64,000 nucleotides of DNA from Chrysomallon squamiferum (lineage: Eukaryota > Animalia > Mollusca): assembly GCA_012295275.1 (NCBI GenBank), contig CM022674.1, positions 15,748,001-15,812,000 of the forward strand, given 5' to 3'. The position numbers and the translations under genes were made by a program. Below, in pieces: positions 13,413 through 30,675 of this stretch (the first letter of the stretch is position 1; every line of letters begins with the position of its first letter). The notes below the pieces were generated by a model, which was given only the letters and a program-made list of their open reading frames with translations, did not search any database and had not been told where the DNA came from.

Positions 13413-14890
13413 CATGTGCTCTCTGTATATTGCATCTCTGATTGTCGAATATCATCTCATTATCGAACTCTCGGAAAACCTCGTCTTCAGAATCTCTCAA
13501 ACTCTCTTCAAGAACTTCCTTCTCAGCTTGTCGGTTGCTGTCGCGACGGTGTAACAATAGCTCTGACGTCATTTTTACTATGACGTCCCAAGCATAGGTG
13601 ATATCTTTGTCCCAGGCTCTATTATTTGTTGTTGTTTCTTTTCGTTAATTTTTTTGCTCACTTTATTATTCTTTTTTGTTTTTTTTTCTTATTTTTTTAG
13701 GCTTATATTTCCTTTCCTCATTATTGTTTTATGTTATTATTTATTTATTTATATCCTTATTATTTTCTTAACGATTTTGTGTTTATTATATACCTTACAT
13801 TTTCTGCAAAACAAATATATGAATGAATAAATAAATAAATATGTCATTCCAGTGAATATTAATTATATCCTGACCTTAAGACGGAAACAAACAAGACCCA
13901 TGGTAACTTCTCTGAGTTTTTCAAACCGATCATCTTTTTGTACCAAACTTTCAAATAGCTTTCGTCAAATGAACATGCTGAATAATGATAATTTAAATAT
14001 ATATATTATTAAAACAGATATTATTTTATTTGAATGCCTGCAACGGACGATAGCGAAAAAGGAAAAATAGACCGTGCCCAACTGTTGCTAATAAGTTCAT
14101 TATTTTCTGAGATTGTCTGGGTGATACAATAGTACTACTACTACTATTAATAATAATAATGACAATAATAATAACATTAAACCTAGCCTGTAAGCCAAAA
14201 ACTGACTTTTTAATGATTATTACTGATATTGTGAAGATGGTCAATGTGGGTCCTTAACACAAAATATCTTTAAATAAGGCTTCCTGAAAAACAATACAGA
14301 TAAAAATACCGATAATCTAATGCAAATAACTGACACCATATTGTATTACTTCAGAGTACATAATATACTTGCACATATTTAATTATAAATTACAAGTGTT
14401 CGGCAATAATTACTTAATGATCTCTTATTGAAACGAAAACTGCATTTCCCATTTGATAGAGTGCGATATAATTTTCAAAAAATAAGAACGAGAAAATTAT
14501 GATAAATATAAAAATGAAAAATAGCCAAGTGGTGTGAAGTATTTTATTTAAACTCGGTAGTCATTTTATTAAAGATTAAAAGACAAATTTAATATAAAAT
14601 ATCCGATTTATAAGTTAATTTGTTTTATTAATCATAATGGTTGTTTTTATTGCTGTTATTATTGATATCATTATCGTCATCATCAACATCATCATTATTT
14701 GTTAATGATCTAACTAACAATAATAAATTCCATTCGTTTAATTAAGAACGATAACTTTGTTCTTTAACAATATATAACTATGACACCTACCTCTCTTATA
14801 CCATACTTGAAGCCTTTCTTCGCTGTACGTTCGTAAAACGAGCCAAAGTTCAAAAGCTCGAAACCACCTGCTTAAACTTATTTCCCAGTG
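13410..14890 (-). pseudogene. Tyrosine decarboxylase fragment (exons 11, 12 and part of 13)
   Basis: 13410-13619 matches 44945-45154 (MTSELLLHRRDSNRQAEKEVLEES..). 13875-13977 is exon 12 with a +1 frameshift. 14791-14890 is exon 11 (HW.ISLSRWFR..) with a frameshift. The intervening intron matches 45780-46290. Confidence 0.92.
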
Positions 14891-15131
14891 CTATAAATGA
14901 ACATTTTATTAATCAATTAATTTATCAAGAATATTTTAGAAATATTGTTTGTTTTATGGTTCTATTGACCTTACTGCCCTGTACAGATCATATAAAACAG
15001 TGAACGAATAACAAGCGTGGATGAAACAAAGAAGAAAGAAAGAAATCCACACGACTCTATAACATTTTAAAATTAATGAAAAGTCAGATATCTTCTTCTT
15101 TCTTAATAACTGATTTTATTGTTGTCATCAC

Positions 15132-15173
<42 letters not shown>

Positions 15174-15245
15174 AGGAAGTAAAAGTAAAAATAAATCTAG
15201 GACTACAAGTTACTTAATTTTGTGACTGGCAGTCAGCTTTTATAA

Positions 15246-15277
<32 letters not shown>

Positions 15278-16529
15278 ATAATAATAATAATATTATTATT
15301 ATTATTGTTATTATTATTATTACTAATAACAATAATAATAACAACAAGAACAACAGCAGCAACAACAACAACAATAACAACATCAATACAAATTTTAACC
15401 GTGATAAATATAATGTGATCTTATAAAATATACTTAAATATACTTACGAACCATTTTTTTTTTTTTTTTTTACTATTCATTCATTAGTGATGCCTTACTG
15501 GATATTTTGTTGGGAGAAACAGCAGATTATTTTGTTAAGCTGAGAGCTCCTGCCAGAACCTAGTTTTATTTATTAATGTGTGGAGCAAAAGCTAAGCCAT
15601 GTACACACTGATTAATAAAATAGCATGCCGTGTGTCAATATGTCTGACCTACATTTGTTCAACTGATAACGATAACACGCCTGTTTCTTCCTTATCTTTC
15701 TTACCTCATTATATCAGTATTTCAGACAGAAAAGTGAACTATAACATAAATAATATCAACACTAATAACAACAACGGCAGCGCCAACAACAGCTATAACA
15801 GAAATAAATAAATAATTCAGTTACAAATTTGTTTCATTATGATAAACTAATCTGATACATATATACAGATTTACATACATATACAAATACAGTTAACATA
15901 TCAAACTGATGTGTGCTTCATTGACAGTTTCAAACACATTTATATTTCTCAAATTTTTTTCTTTTAGAAAAATTGATGGTTGATACTTTAATTTTCTTTT
16001 TAATTAATGTTGTTTGATATTTTTCTTTATCTTATTGAGCAGTGTAACCTTTATTAATATTTTGTTCTCTGGGGCAGAGTTATCTTAACACACAGGTACA
16101 CCGGAAACTTGCCCAGGGGTCACACTAACACAGGAGCCTAATGATAAATTATGTGTATCGTGACTTAAATCCAATAAATAAATACTATTAATTACTATAA
16201 AATGCATATTTAGCTTATATTTTACAAAAAATAATGAATAATATTAACATTAATTGTATGATAACAAGTGAACAATGTGTAGGCATTGGTCTGTAATGCA
16301 GTTAAACTGGTCTTCTTTATTTTCTTGTTGATGGGACAGGTTTGTTTGCTTTTGTTCAACCAAAATCCAGTAATAACAAATTCTCTTTTATTTTACATTT
16401 CATGTGTACATTTCAATTTATACTCAGAAATAGATGAGTTAACCTTTCAATTTATTGTAGATAGAGGTTGATGTTAAAGTGCAGCATAGATCAGTCGCGT
16501 AAATTTCAGAAGTGTGGTAGGTCTATAGC

Positions 16530-17050
16530 ACAGAAGAAGGATTACATTGCAAAAGTGAATCAGTCAGTAGGATACATACAGAAAGGATTATACTACACGG
16601 GTTGTGGACAGTAGGATACACAAATAATTGCATTACAAGTCTCTTTGGGTTAGCGGGATAAACAAATAATACATTACAGGGTGCATAAGTCAGTACGATA
16701 TAGTAAGGATTAGGATGTAGTTGGATAAACAAACATTACATTACAGTAGTATATGTATCAGTAGGATACATACGGATAACATCACAATGGTGTACGGGTA
16801 AGCGGGATACAAACGGATAATATTTCAATGGTGTATGGGTAAGCGGAATACACAAATGATTATATTAGAGTGGTCTATGTGTCAGTAGGATACACAAACA
16901 ATTACATTACAGGGATGAAGATCACAGCAGAATGCTCAAATGTATAGATCAGCTAAAATACATTAGGGAATGAGTCGCGTACGGTGTATACAAAATTGTG
17001 CTATAGGGGTATACGGGTAATTCTGGATTACATTTTAAGGTGCATTCATT
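16530..17050. repeat. Degenerate ~42-bp minisatellite (paralog of 43070-43340)
   Basis: Recurrent GGGTCAGTAGGATACACAAATAATTACATTAC-like units, in the same flanking context as the PARP 3' region. Confidence 0.7.
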
Positions 17051-17994
17051 ATATAGCATTATAGTATAAGGATAATGTGTAATTATAGAAGATGAATGAA
17101 TCATGTATAGTTATTCTTAATAGGGGTGTACTGATCATATAGAAATATCACATAGGTGCTATATATCCTGATACATGCTATTACGAGGCTGTAGGATCAA
17201 TCCTTCTTAGAGTACCCTTTGCATAATTTATCTTCTTCTCCATGGCATATCGGTGTATATACAATGTATACAGACACCCCACACACAGACACACACAATT
17301 ATTGATGACTGAGGACTGCTGATACATTTAGACTCACTGACTATTCAGTTATTTTATATATTTAAATGTCAGTCACTATCTTATTTTCTCACACTTGCAC
17401 ACTGAAGAAATGGAGAAACAAGTATCAGGATATGTTTATTTACAAATTTCTTTCCCTCTGTTACCTTTCCATCACAGAAATGATGACTTTTGACCGATAT
17501 TTTTTATATAGTGTAGTCACATGCAAGCTATTTGTGGTCAAGTGAAATATTTTACTTTTATTACTTTTGTTATTATTATTGATTTGTTTATGATCTTCTA
17601 CGATTGTATTAAATGAAATGTTGCTATAATTTTGTTGATATATTTTAGATAGCAAAATAGACATACAACTTGACTGATCAAAAAATAGACATAACAATAG
17701 AAAAACAAACAGATTAGAAATAAATATAGATACAGACATACAGACAGAAATACAGATCACTGGTTGTATTGTTTTGGCTGCTATTATTATTTTTAGTAGT
17801 ATTAGTAGTAGTAGTAGTAGTAGTAACATATTTATTATTGTTTTGTTATTACTGGTAGTAGTAGTAAGTATTATCCTTACTATTTCATTAATGTTGTTGT
17901 TATTATTATATATGTTATATTTTCTTTCAGTAATAAATGAATAAATAAATAAATATATCAAGCTAGTGAATATAAATTATAATTTAATCCTGAC

Positions 17995-18700
17995 CTTAAG
18001 ACGGAAACAAACAATACCCACGGTAACTTCGTGTATTTTATAATGATAACATACACACGTATGATTAAGAGAGAGATTATATTATTAAATGTCTGCAACG
18101 GAAGATAGCAAAAAACAACAACAAAGTAATAATACAAAAATAAAAATAATGATAATAATGAAATGAAAAAATCATATAGCCATGTTAAGTAGCACATTTA
18201 CAATAATGTTTTCTTTTTTCTGTTTTTTTTTGGGGGAACAGGGATGGATGAACTTAGCCTGTCAGCCAAACATGGATCTCTTGTGATTATTATTGATACA
18301 GTGACGATGATCAGTGGTGATAAAAATACAAATTAATAAATGCAAATAACTGAAAGTACCTTGTGTTACTTGTAAGTACATAATATATACCACATTTACT
18401 AAATCATATACATTCACCAATAATTACGTAATACATCTCTTATTGAAGTGAAGCCTACATTTTCCAATTTTATATAGTACTATATAATTTTAAAAGGAAA
18501 CAAAACAACAACAACAAATTTAGACAGGAAAACCATTCAAGCGATATGGATTATTTTACTAAACTCTGTTCTGACTGTATTATAAATTTAGAGACAAAAT
18601 TAATATAATGTATACCATTTAAAAGGTCATTTCTGGAATAAATCATAATTTTTCTTATTATTTTTATCATCTTAATTATTATTTCTTAACGTTCTTGCTA
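17995..18700 (-). pseudogene. Tyrosine decarboxylase remnant (3' part of exon 12 plus intron 11)
   Basis: 17995-18030 matches 45491-45527 (VT.GIVCFRLK then gtcagg donor). 18200-18690 matches intron 45780-46300. Confidence 0.75.
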
Positions 18701-19239
18701 CTAACAATTATAATCTCGATTCGTTTCATCAAGAAGGAGCAGTTTGCTATTTTACCGAAGACATCGTTATTTCGATGTGGCCGTATATCGATTTCAGCAC
18801 GGGCATGAACAAAACTATTTACATTTATGTGAGACCAGATACTGCTTATAATGATTATATTAGTAAACTTGTTAATATTCATGTTTATATACATACAATA
18901 AAGGAAAAATAAATTAAACAACAAAACAACAATAACCTTTGCGATTAGTATATACACAGTAGAGGAGACGAGAGTAGTTTCAGGTTAGGTTGACCTGGGA
19001 CTAAAGGTCTCAAGTCCATCTGAAGATAAAACATGAGAACGTGACGCTTTTCTATTCTGCAAGGTTTAATAACTAAATAAAGATCATAAATCCAAATATT
19101 GAAGATATCTTATTCAGCGATTTTGATTCCTTTTATCTTCACTTTTTATTAGATTCGTTCAGAATTTATTTGTCGTTTGCTGTCCTTAAAACAAGCTCCC
19201 AGTACAATGAACAGAGACAAACGAACACACACACGGAAT

Positions 19240-19640
19240 ATACATCTTGTAATAAACAGGTCACGTCACAGGTAAGTTCAGATAACCCTCATACATTGTC
19301 AAGAGCTGACCTTTATCATTATCTCATTTCGTATTTATGCTGTCATTGTTCTATTCTTTGGGCTCATTCCAGTGAGTAGTCCGAATCTCAGTTCCGATTC
19401 GGAGCTGAGGTAATATCTAACAAGTAATGTACGTGTCCGTTTGAACTTGTCATGTCGGTCAGTTTTCTCAGTTTTTCTATTTACAGTAGAGTATACATAA
19501 TTAGAGGTTTCACTTAAAAGCGGCCATGTTTTGTGGACGCTAGGAAAAGCAATCGATCGATCGTCTGCTCAGGTGCACATGCTGCGCATGCCTAGTAGCT
19601 ACGATTCGTATCTGTTGCATTATTCGCGATAATTCTACTT
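19240..19640. promoter_or_regulatory. CpG-enriched promoter-like island
   Basis: GCGGCCATGTT (YY1-like) at ~19520, TGCGCATGC (NRF1-like) at ~19583, GTCACGTCAC at ~19260 and a donor-like GAGGTAAT at ~19407, all within otherwise CpG-poor DNA. Confidence 0.3.
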
Positions 19641-19761
19641 GCATCGTTTATATTCAGCGAAATTGGTTGTAGTTACTTCTTAATTTGGCACTTAATGCAC
19701 TAAAGAAATAGAGATAGATACAGAGAGACAGGAAGACAGATCACTGGTTGTAATCCTTGGC

Positions 19762-19819
<58 letters not shown>

Positions 19820-20004
19820 ATTGAAAACACAATTTTTGTTTATCAGTATCAATATCTTGACTAAGAAAACATTCCTGTAAACTGTAATTTTGTTTATTTA
19901 TTTTCCTTTATTTCTCCAGGTAAAGTTTCACGTCGATTAAGCTAGTACTATTGTCTCACATCAACTGAGAAAGCTGTGGAATTCTCATTCCAGTTTCAGC
20001 TCAG

Positions 20005-21342
20005 AACAGAAGATGGAAGGAAGTCTCAGTGCAGTTTTTTTCAGTGAATAGTAATAGCCTCTCCATGGCGACCAGTTGATTCCAACACCAAATAAATTAT
20101 TGGTTCCATTGAGGTACAGACCGTTCAGATTGGCCGAATGACAGCTATTGTACCAGCATTATAGGTAGTGTAGAATGACAGATAAATAGACATATAAATA
20201 GATAGATAGATAGATAGATAGATATTGTTTTTTCTACCTATACAAATACATTATTTTATCTACAGATACAAATATATTATCTATCGATTTACAGTTATTG
20301 ATTATATATGAATTTTAATATATTGTTAATAATTAGTCTATTATTAATAAATACATAATTAGTCTATTATTAATAAATGCATTATTTATCTCTATTTACC
20401 TGTTGTTATTTATCTGATATCAATTGAAAAATAAAAGAAGGCGTTTAAATTACCTGCATTTCCGCTGTATTTTTCAACTGATGAAACGATACTGAGAAAT
20501 GTTTGCAGACAGCATTCTTCGTTTTTCCTTCAACATCTTCCAAGTCAGTTTTTAGATCGTAGTAACCCTGTCAGGTCAAACGATCTATGTTCTCAGTGCC
20601 TGGTAAGATAAATCAGATAGATAATCGACAAATCCATCGTTCAGTGACTCAGCAAATATCCAGATATTTTATTATTTATTTATTTATATATGTATGTATG
20701 TATTTGTTTGATTTACTTATGTATTTGTTTGTTTTATCCGGCTTCACAGATCTTACTATCTCTATTCATAATTACCTCCATTCATAATTCAGAAACACTT
20801 TCTGTAATAATAATAACAACAACAACGATGATGATGTGCAAAAATATGCATGCATTATCCTATAAAATAAAAGTTATAAATGAATGCATATATAAATAAA
20901 CAATTACACTTATAAACACACATACATATGGAAACAAATTTCACTTGTTTAAATTGTATTTGTGTACTAGATTTGATTTATATAAAAGAAAACAAATCAA
21001 CCCTATCTTACCACAAGATACTGTTTCTGGCTCGCTAACAAGCGAAAGAAAATTCAGTGTTCCATTGTACAGAGAACAGATGCCGTTGCCGTTGTTATAG
21101 ACGAAACCTCTACAGCCGACGTAGCTGAAACATTCACTGACGATGTAGTTGGAACATTCAGTGACGAAGTAAGGTTTACTGGGCACGTTCAATTCTTTTG
21201 AAGCATCAACTGCAGGTTTCTTATCGTTGTACTCTGGTAACTTTCGAAAAGGCTTGCGAGTACTAAGCTCAGAATTGGTAAAAGAAACAACGATTATCAG
21301 AAATGGGAAAAGACAAAATGTCATCCCGTGCATTTCTTTCAT
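20005..21342 (-). pseudogene. PAN/apple-like + fibrinogen-related gene, copy B (pseudogene)
   Basis: Exon 1 (21012-21342) is open, with signal peptide and a small internal duplication. Exon 2 is collapsed at ~20760-20801 and exon 3 is absent. Exon 4 (20454-20599) has a deletion and frameshifts. Only the 3' part of exon 5 remains ([17 protein letters not shown], 20005-20160). Confidence 0.9.
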
Positions 21343-23036
21343 TATCTGCTTTTTATCAATGATTTCAGTGCTGAAATTTACCTATCTTCTGTTGTGAATT
21401 AAATTAATCCTATTGCATAAAGATATTTGAATCGTCATTTCACAGAGCCAAATAAACTGTAAATTAATTATTCTAGTGTTTCCAAGAAATATCATAAATT
21501 CCGTTTCTGCTGTTTCCTAAAGAGGACCAACAATTACAAGCAAACAAGAGCTTATCAATATTTAGTTTGAATAGCTGACGAAAAGTATTAGCTTTTTTCT
21601 GTCTTTAAGAACTGTTTCCAGTACAATCAGACGTGTTAAATACAATCAACTACAGCTTTGAGTAACCATTTTCTTTCTGGTTACACAACCGTGTTACTGT
21701 AGCTAATGATACATCTAGAGCTTTACCATTTTACAGTCGCTGGCAATCAAACTAAGTAAAACCCCGAAACAAATTAACCGTATGACGTAAACATCTGTTT
21801 TCTACTGAGAGCTGAAGTATTTGATGCTACGGTGAATATGATTAATGTAATTAATAATGTAATGGTTATGTGACTCTTTCTTTTGTTTTCTTTTTCTGTT
21901 GTAGTTATCTTTGGGTGGTGTTTCTTTTGCTTGCAAATGGATTTTATAGAAAAATAAATAACATGAAAAAGAAACATTTCTTAATTTTCCAGGATTTCAG
22001 TAACCCTTTTGTCCGTCTATCCACCAATGTATCATCGATCTACCCACCCCATGTTCAAACAGACCAGTACACGTTCACATCTTTTTTCTAACCATGGATA
22101 CAGAGCATTAAGATAAAACATGAAACCAAGTGAATTATTTATTTCCTACTCTTTTTTTCTTTTCTTTCTTTCTTAATTTCTTTATTTATTTTTATTTATT
22201 TATTTATTAATTTATTTTAATTATTATTATTTTTTTTTTTTGATATGATATAATATTCGAGTTCCATCTATAAAGTAATTCAATTTTATTATTAAGGATT
22301 ATTTTTCAGGTTATGCATGTAAGATTGTTTATTCAGTTAGACATATTTTTGCTATATATGTAATGCACTAAGTTGAAACATGAAATTCTCTGAATTATTT
22401 ATGTCATACTCACTACTAAATTCAATTTTATTATTTTCATGGTTATTTCTGCAATTCATTATTTTGATTACGATAATGACTATTCTCTTTAGGTCATAAT
22501 GCATATGTGTATATGTATTTAGATACGCATGTATGTATGTGTGTATAAATATGCGTATGTATTTTGCATGTAGTTATATATACGTATGTTTTTTGTGCGT
22601 AAGTATCTATATTCTCTATGAAACAAATTACATTCATGAATTTACATTTAATCACAGTTACAAAAGATAACAGTTATATATTTTCATTCAACAACCATTT
22701 ATAAAGAAATGTTTTAATAGTGTTTTGTTTCCAAAGACACTAGTTATATATAATAAATAATTTTCTTCTTATCGGTTTCAATATTTTCATAAATAAAACT
22801 ATCTCACAGATTTTAAATGCCTTTATTGTTTCATTTTTATTTTATATTATTTCTATAGTAAATAATTCAGTATTGATGTCTAGTATTATTTTCCCCTTTC
22901 AGCTGACAAAACAGTTTTATTTCAGAACAGAAAATAGTCGAATTTTCATCATAGTTTTGGTTTAGAAGAGAAGTTGGTCGAATTTTCAATACAGTTTTAG
23001 TCCAAAAGAAAAGATGGTGAAATGTTCGTTACAGTT

Positions 23037-26096
<3,060 letters not shown>

Positions 26097-27218
26097 TTTA
26101 CCGACGATTTCAGTGCTGGAATTAATTAATCCTATTGCATCAAGAAATTTTAATCGTTGTTTCACATAACCAAATAAACTATTGATTAGTTCTACCGGTT
26201 TTTCCAAGCAATGCCATAAATCTGGTGATTCCCAAAAAGAGTCAACAATTAGTATCGAAGAACAGCTGATAAATATTTGTGTTAATGTTTCCAGAGGTTT
26301 GAAAAATCTTACAAAAAGTATCTGTCAATTTTTTAAAGAACTGATCCTACAACACCCACACGTGTTAAATACAATCAACTACAGTTTTTAGTAACCAATA
26401 TCTTTCTGGTTACACAACCTTGTTACTGTAAAGTCTTTACCACTTTACTCTCGCTGGCAGTCTAACAAGGTAAAACCCTGAAACACTTTAACCGTTTGAC
26501 ACAAGCTTATGTTTTCTATGCAGAGCTCACGTATTTGATGCTACAGTGAATATGGTTAATGTAATTAATAGTGTAGTAATCCTGCATATTTTTGTATAAT
26601 TCTTATTGATTTTTTTCAATTTAATTGAACGACATTTAAGACTAGAAGAATGCTGTATGCATTTACGTTTATTCGAATAACAGTCATCAGGGAAATGATC
26701 ATTTGAAACATGATATCTCTATCTTTGAATAATTAATTTGTGCAGTTGGTTAACTAGCTGGTTTCTTCTTTCTGTCTGCTTTGCCTCAGGGACTGCTTTG
26801 GGCGATATGTTCTGTTGTATCTTTTGGGGTTGTTTCTTGTTAATTATTTATTTGTTTTATATTTATTTTTATTTTTATTTGTATTATTGTTCTCACTGTG
26901 TGTGTGTATATATATATATGTATATGTGTGTGTATGTATTATATATGTGTGTGTGTGTGTGTTGTGTTTATGTGTGTTTGTGGGGGGTTCTGTGGGATGT
27001 AAACAAATGCACAATTTTTTTTTTCAAGCATTTCAATAATCCCTGTTTCTCTCTATACATCCACCAATGTATCTATCGATCTATCCACCCCACATTCATT
27101 GATTCGAACACACCGATTTTAGTATTAATGTTTTGAAACAGAGCATAGAGATTTATGATGTATGTATGTATGTGTGTGAGTGAGTTTATACAGTTAATGT
27201 ATTAAGTAGGTATAAACG

Positions 27219-27268
<50 letters not shown>

Positions 27269-27513
27269 TGTGCATGTATTTATGTTTGGATGATAATCTG
27301 TATGTATTTAGATTATTAACATATGTATGTGTTCGTGATGGATTGGCACATAGACAGATTTAAATATAAGTGTAGCTTAGGTAGAAACGATTTCTTGAAT
27401 GTTCAACACAATCACAGTAACACAAATTATCATCATTAAGTAATTTAATGTGATTTTTTAACAATAATACTTTTTGATGATTTACAGTATTCTTCTTCTT
27501 CTTCTTCTTCTTC

Positions 27514-27591
<78 letters not shown>

Positions 27592-27759
27592 TATTATTAT
27601 TGTTTTTATTTTGGTTTGTTTTACTGCTATTATATTGTTATCATTATTATTATTATTATCAATGTCATTATCATTATCGTAATCATAGTCAACATCATTT
27701 TGCGGTCTTTCTTTCTTTTCTACATATTTATTTGAATTACTGGAAAAAAAGTAAGTCTC

Positions 27760-28980
27760 GTTTTCGACAGAGTTACTCTACAAACTGATAACAGTTTTGT
27801 ACTACACACTTTCTTTTCATTATAAAAAACAGTGACAAAAAATATTAAGATACTAATGGGAAATGTTTCACAATAATATTTAATATGTGCGACGGTATAA
27901 AATCAATAATTTTACATAACGGCTTTGAATCAGGATATTTTCCTTGCTTTATTGGAATAAGGGAAGGGGGAAACGTCTCACGTGTTTTATTTTCATGATA
28001 TTTAAATGCTTTAAGAGATTGTTTTCCAACAGAAAACTGCAAAGGTATTAAATAGATAACAGACTTTCTGGAGAAAAATATTAATGGATATCTGAAGTTA
28101 TATGCTGATGATACAATTTAGGAGAAGGAACAGATAACTTACAACATTACGTGCACTGTTTCGAAATGAATTGCAAAACATGGAAAAATTAAAGTTAATG
28201 CTGCCATGTCAAAAACTATTTTCTTTCCACAGGAAAATTAAAAATAGGTTTATATATAAACATGGAAATAGAAACTGTCGCTGAGGTTATTAATCGACTG
28301 TCAATTAGATTAGTTTCATAAAATTGTAAAACCAATATTGTTATATGAATGTGAAATCAGGGGTTTTAGTAATTGCAATATAAGTGAAAGATTTCATCTC
28401 AAGTTTTGCAAGTGTATATGATATCTTAACAATTCAACACCAAGCTGCATGGTATGAATGCTTCTGTAATAGCTATATTAGATGAATGTGTTTATGTAGT
28501 ATATATTGGTGTGTTCAAGTAAATGTTTTGAGCCAGTTAAAAATGGTAGGACTTTATTTAAAGTTAGTTATGTCAAGCTTCTTATATAAACTGGTAGATA
28601 GTTCAATACTGAAACACAGAAAATGTCAGTTATGTAATTTTGATATTGGTGATGAGTTTCCATATGTTTTTAAGTGTAAAATTTAACTTTTCAGAGAAAT
28701 AAATATATACCATATTATTGTACATTTACACCAAATATATACCATATTATAATATATCTATTCCAAAAACAATGACATTTCAACATTTATTTGCTACAAC
28801 AAGCCAAAAAAGATCACTTTTGTATAAACTTTTCTGAATTTTGTCATATTGTCATTGAGAGAGTCAGTCTTTCGGATTAAATAATAATTAAAAATATTGT
28901 TTAAACTACGTTGTGTTTATATGTTCTCAATACTGCACGCGGTAAATCATCAGAGAAATAAACGTCTGTTGTCTTGTCAT
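27760..28980 (+). mobile_element. Decayed, internally deleted non-LTR retrotransposon (RTE-X/RTE-like RT and C-terminal CCHC)
   Basis: SYST.DNSFVL near 27771; NGKCF.II.NM...IKS and FPC.IGIREGGNVS..LFS.YLN at 27856-28010; LYADDT at 28098; IVKPILLY.CEI.GF at 28323; ERFHLKFCK; RKCQLCNFDIGDEF.YV..C at 28618; AATAAA with a (TTGTC)-like tail at 28957-28979. Confidence 0.88.
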
Positions 28981-29960
28981 AAGTTATGTGTTGAATTACT
29001 TATTCCGAGAATAAATAAATAAATAAATAAATACTCGAATTAATGGACATTCCACATTCATAAATATTTCAATTTCTACAGGAACCTCAAGTGTTCTATA
29101 AATTGATGAATAAGGCAGATAATAAATACTGACTAAAAAACTTATAAAACATGAACATATAAAAATACTGAATGAGAAAATAAATTAAATTATTTTTGAA
29201 ATACACTGTCTACATTAGTTTCACTTTTTGTCCATTAGTCAATACTAAACACAAGTAACACTTGATTAAAAATTTAAAATATTTTTTATTCACAAAAATC
29301 ATGATTATTGACTAATTTACAGCAGACGTTTCAAAAATGGTTAACAAACAAATCAAAGATAAAGTAAAATGATATTAATAATAACAAATTACTTTTAATT
29401 CAAAACTCACGTAAATAAACTGTTAAATCATAATTAGTGTCAATACGAAAATGTAAAACAATAATTATAATAACAAATTAGTAATAAGCTGAACAGTTAC
29501 AATGACTGATAAATCAGTCAAGATTTTAGGCTTAACCTGAAGCTATTGTGACCTTTGATCACACACAAAGCCTGGATTTGATATAGCTTTACCACAGTTC
29601 AGTTATTTCACATTTAATGAGAATATTGACCTGAATTATAAAAGGAAAAAGGCTATCGTCCATATGTAATAGTCATTGTACTAACATATTGTTAATAAGC
29701 AAATAGAGTGTGGGGTTTATCAATATGCTGATGTCAAACATTACAAACGAGCGTATGTATGATTATTAGTATAATAATATATTGTGAATGCTAATCTAAA
29801 AATCAAACGTATTAAGAATATGCAAATTAAAGTAATTATAATAAAGTATTATGTACGGAGATTCAAAATATCTATTATATCATTTTTTAATTTTTGTTGT
29901 TGTTAATATTTAGAAGTAAAATATAAAAAAGTATGAATCATCAAATGTTAATGAAAAGAA

Positions 29961-30004
<44 letters not shown>

Positions 30005-30432
30005 ATACAAAAATAAATAAATAATAGTAGTAATAGTAATAGTAGTAGTAGTAGCAATAATGATAATAGAATGATGTTTATAAATAAATAAATAAATAAA
30101 TAAATAAACAAAAACAATAATAATAATTGTCATTGCTTTTTCCTTTGTGTTATTGTTATTGCTATTGTTACTGTTATTATTATTATTATTATTATTATTG
30201 TTGTTATTGTTGTTGTTGTTGTTGTTGTTGTTATAGCGAAATTGACATTGATAGCGAGTAGCGAGACCGTTTCCAAACTCACCCGAGCGCTTTGCCGTTG
30301 AAACTGATTTCTTCGCGGATCGCATGGCTTCCTCCTCTCGCTGCTCTGTCTTATCGGATCGGTTCGCTTCGCCTTCACTCGACTCGGCGAAAGAGAGGAA
30401 AGGAAAAGCCTTCGGGTTTGTTCAGTCCAGAG

Positions 30433-30482
<50 letters not shown>

Positions 30483-30556
30483 GACATCGTTATCGTTATT
30501 TAGCGCACGCAATAAGAACAACGAAGATAAACAAACCTCGGTTCGTTAAAGTGATC

Positions 30557-30675
30557 GTCTACGGCCACACCACGTTGAAAACACCGGTTCTCGTCCGATC
30601 ACCGAAGTTAAGCAACGCAGGGCTCGGACAGTACTTGGATGGGTGACCGCCTGGGAACACCGAGTGCCGTAGACA
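30557..30675 (+). rRNA. 5S ribosomal RNA (solitary copy)
   Basis: 119 nt, GTCTACGGCCACACCACGTTGAAAACACCGGTTCTCGTCCGATCACCGAAGTTAAGC...TGGATGGGTGACCGCCTGGGAACACCGAGTGCCGTAGACA. Helix I GTCTACGGC/GCCGTAGAC pairs perfectly, and box A and box C are present. Confidence 0.96.

Noticed and set aside
15490-15565. Possible Tdc exon-10 remnant (GGAGCTCT on minus)
   Set aside because: The match is too short to support.
27845-28042. Minus-strand 65-aa ORF
   Set aside because: It is antisense to the plus-strand LINE reverse-transcriptase remnant.
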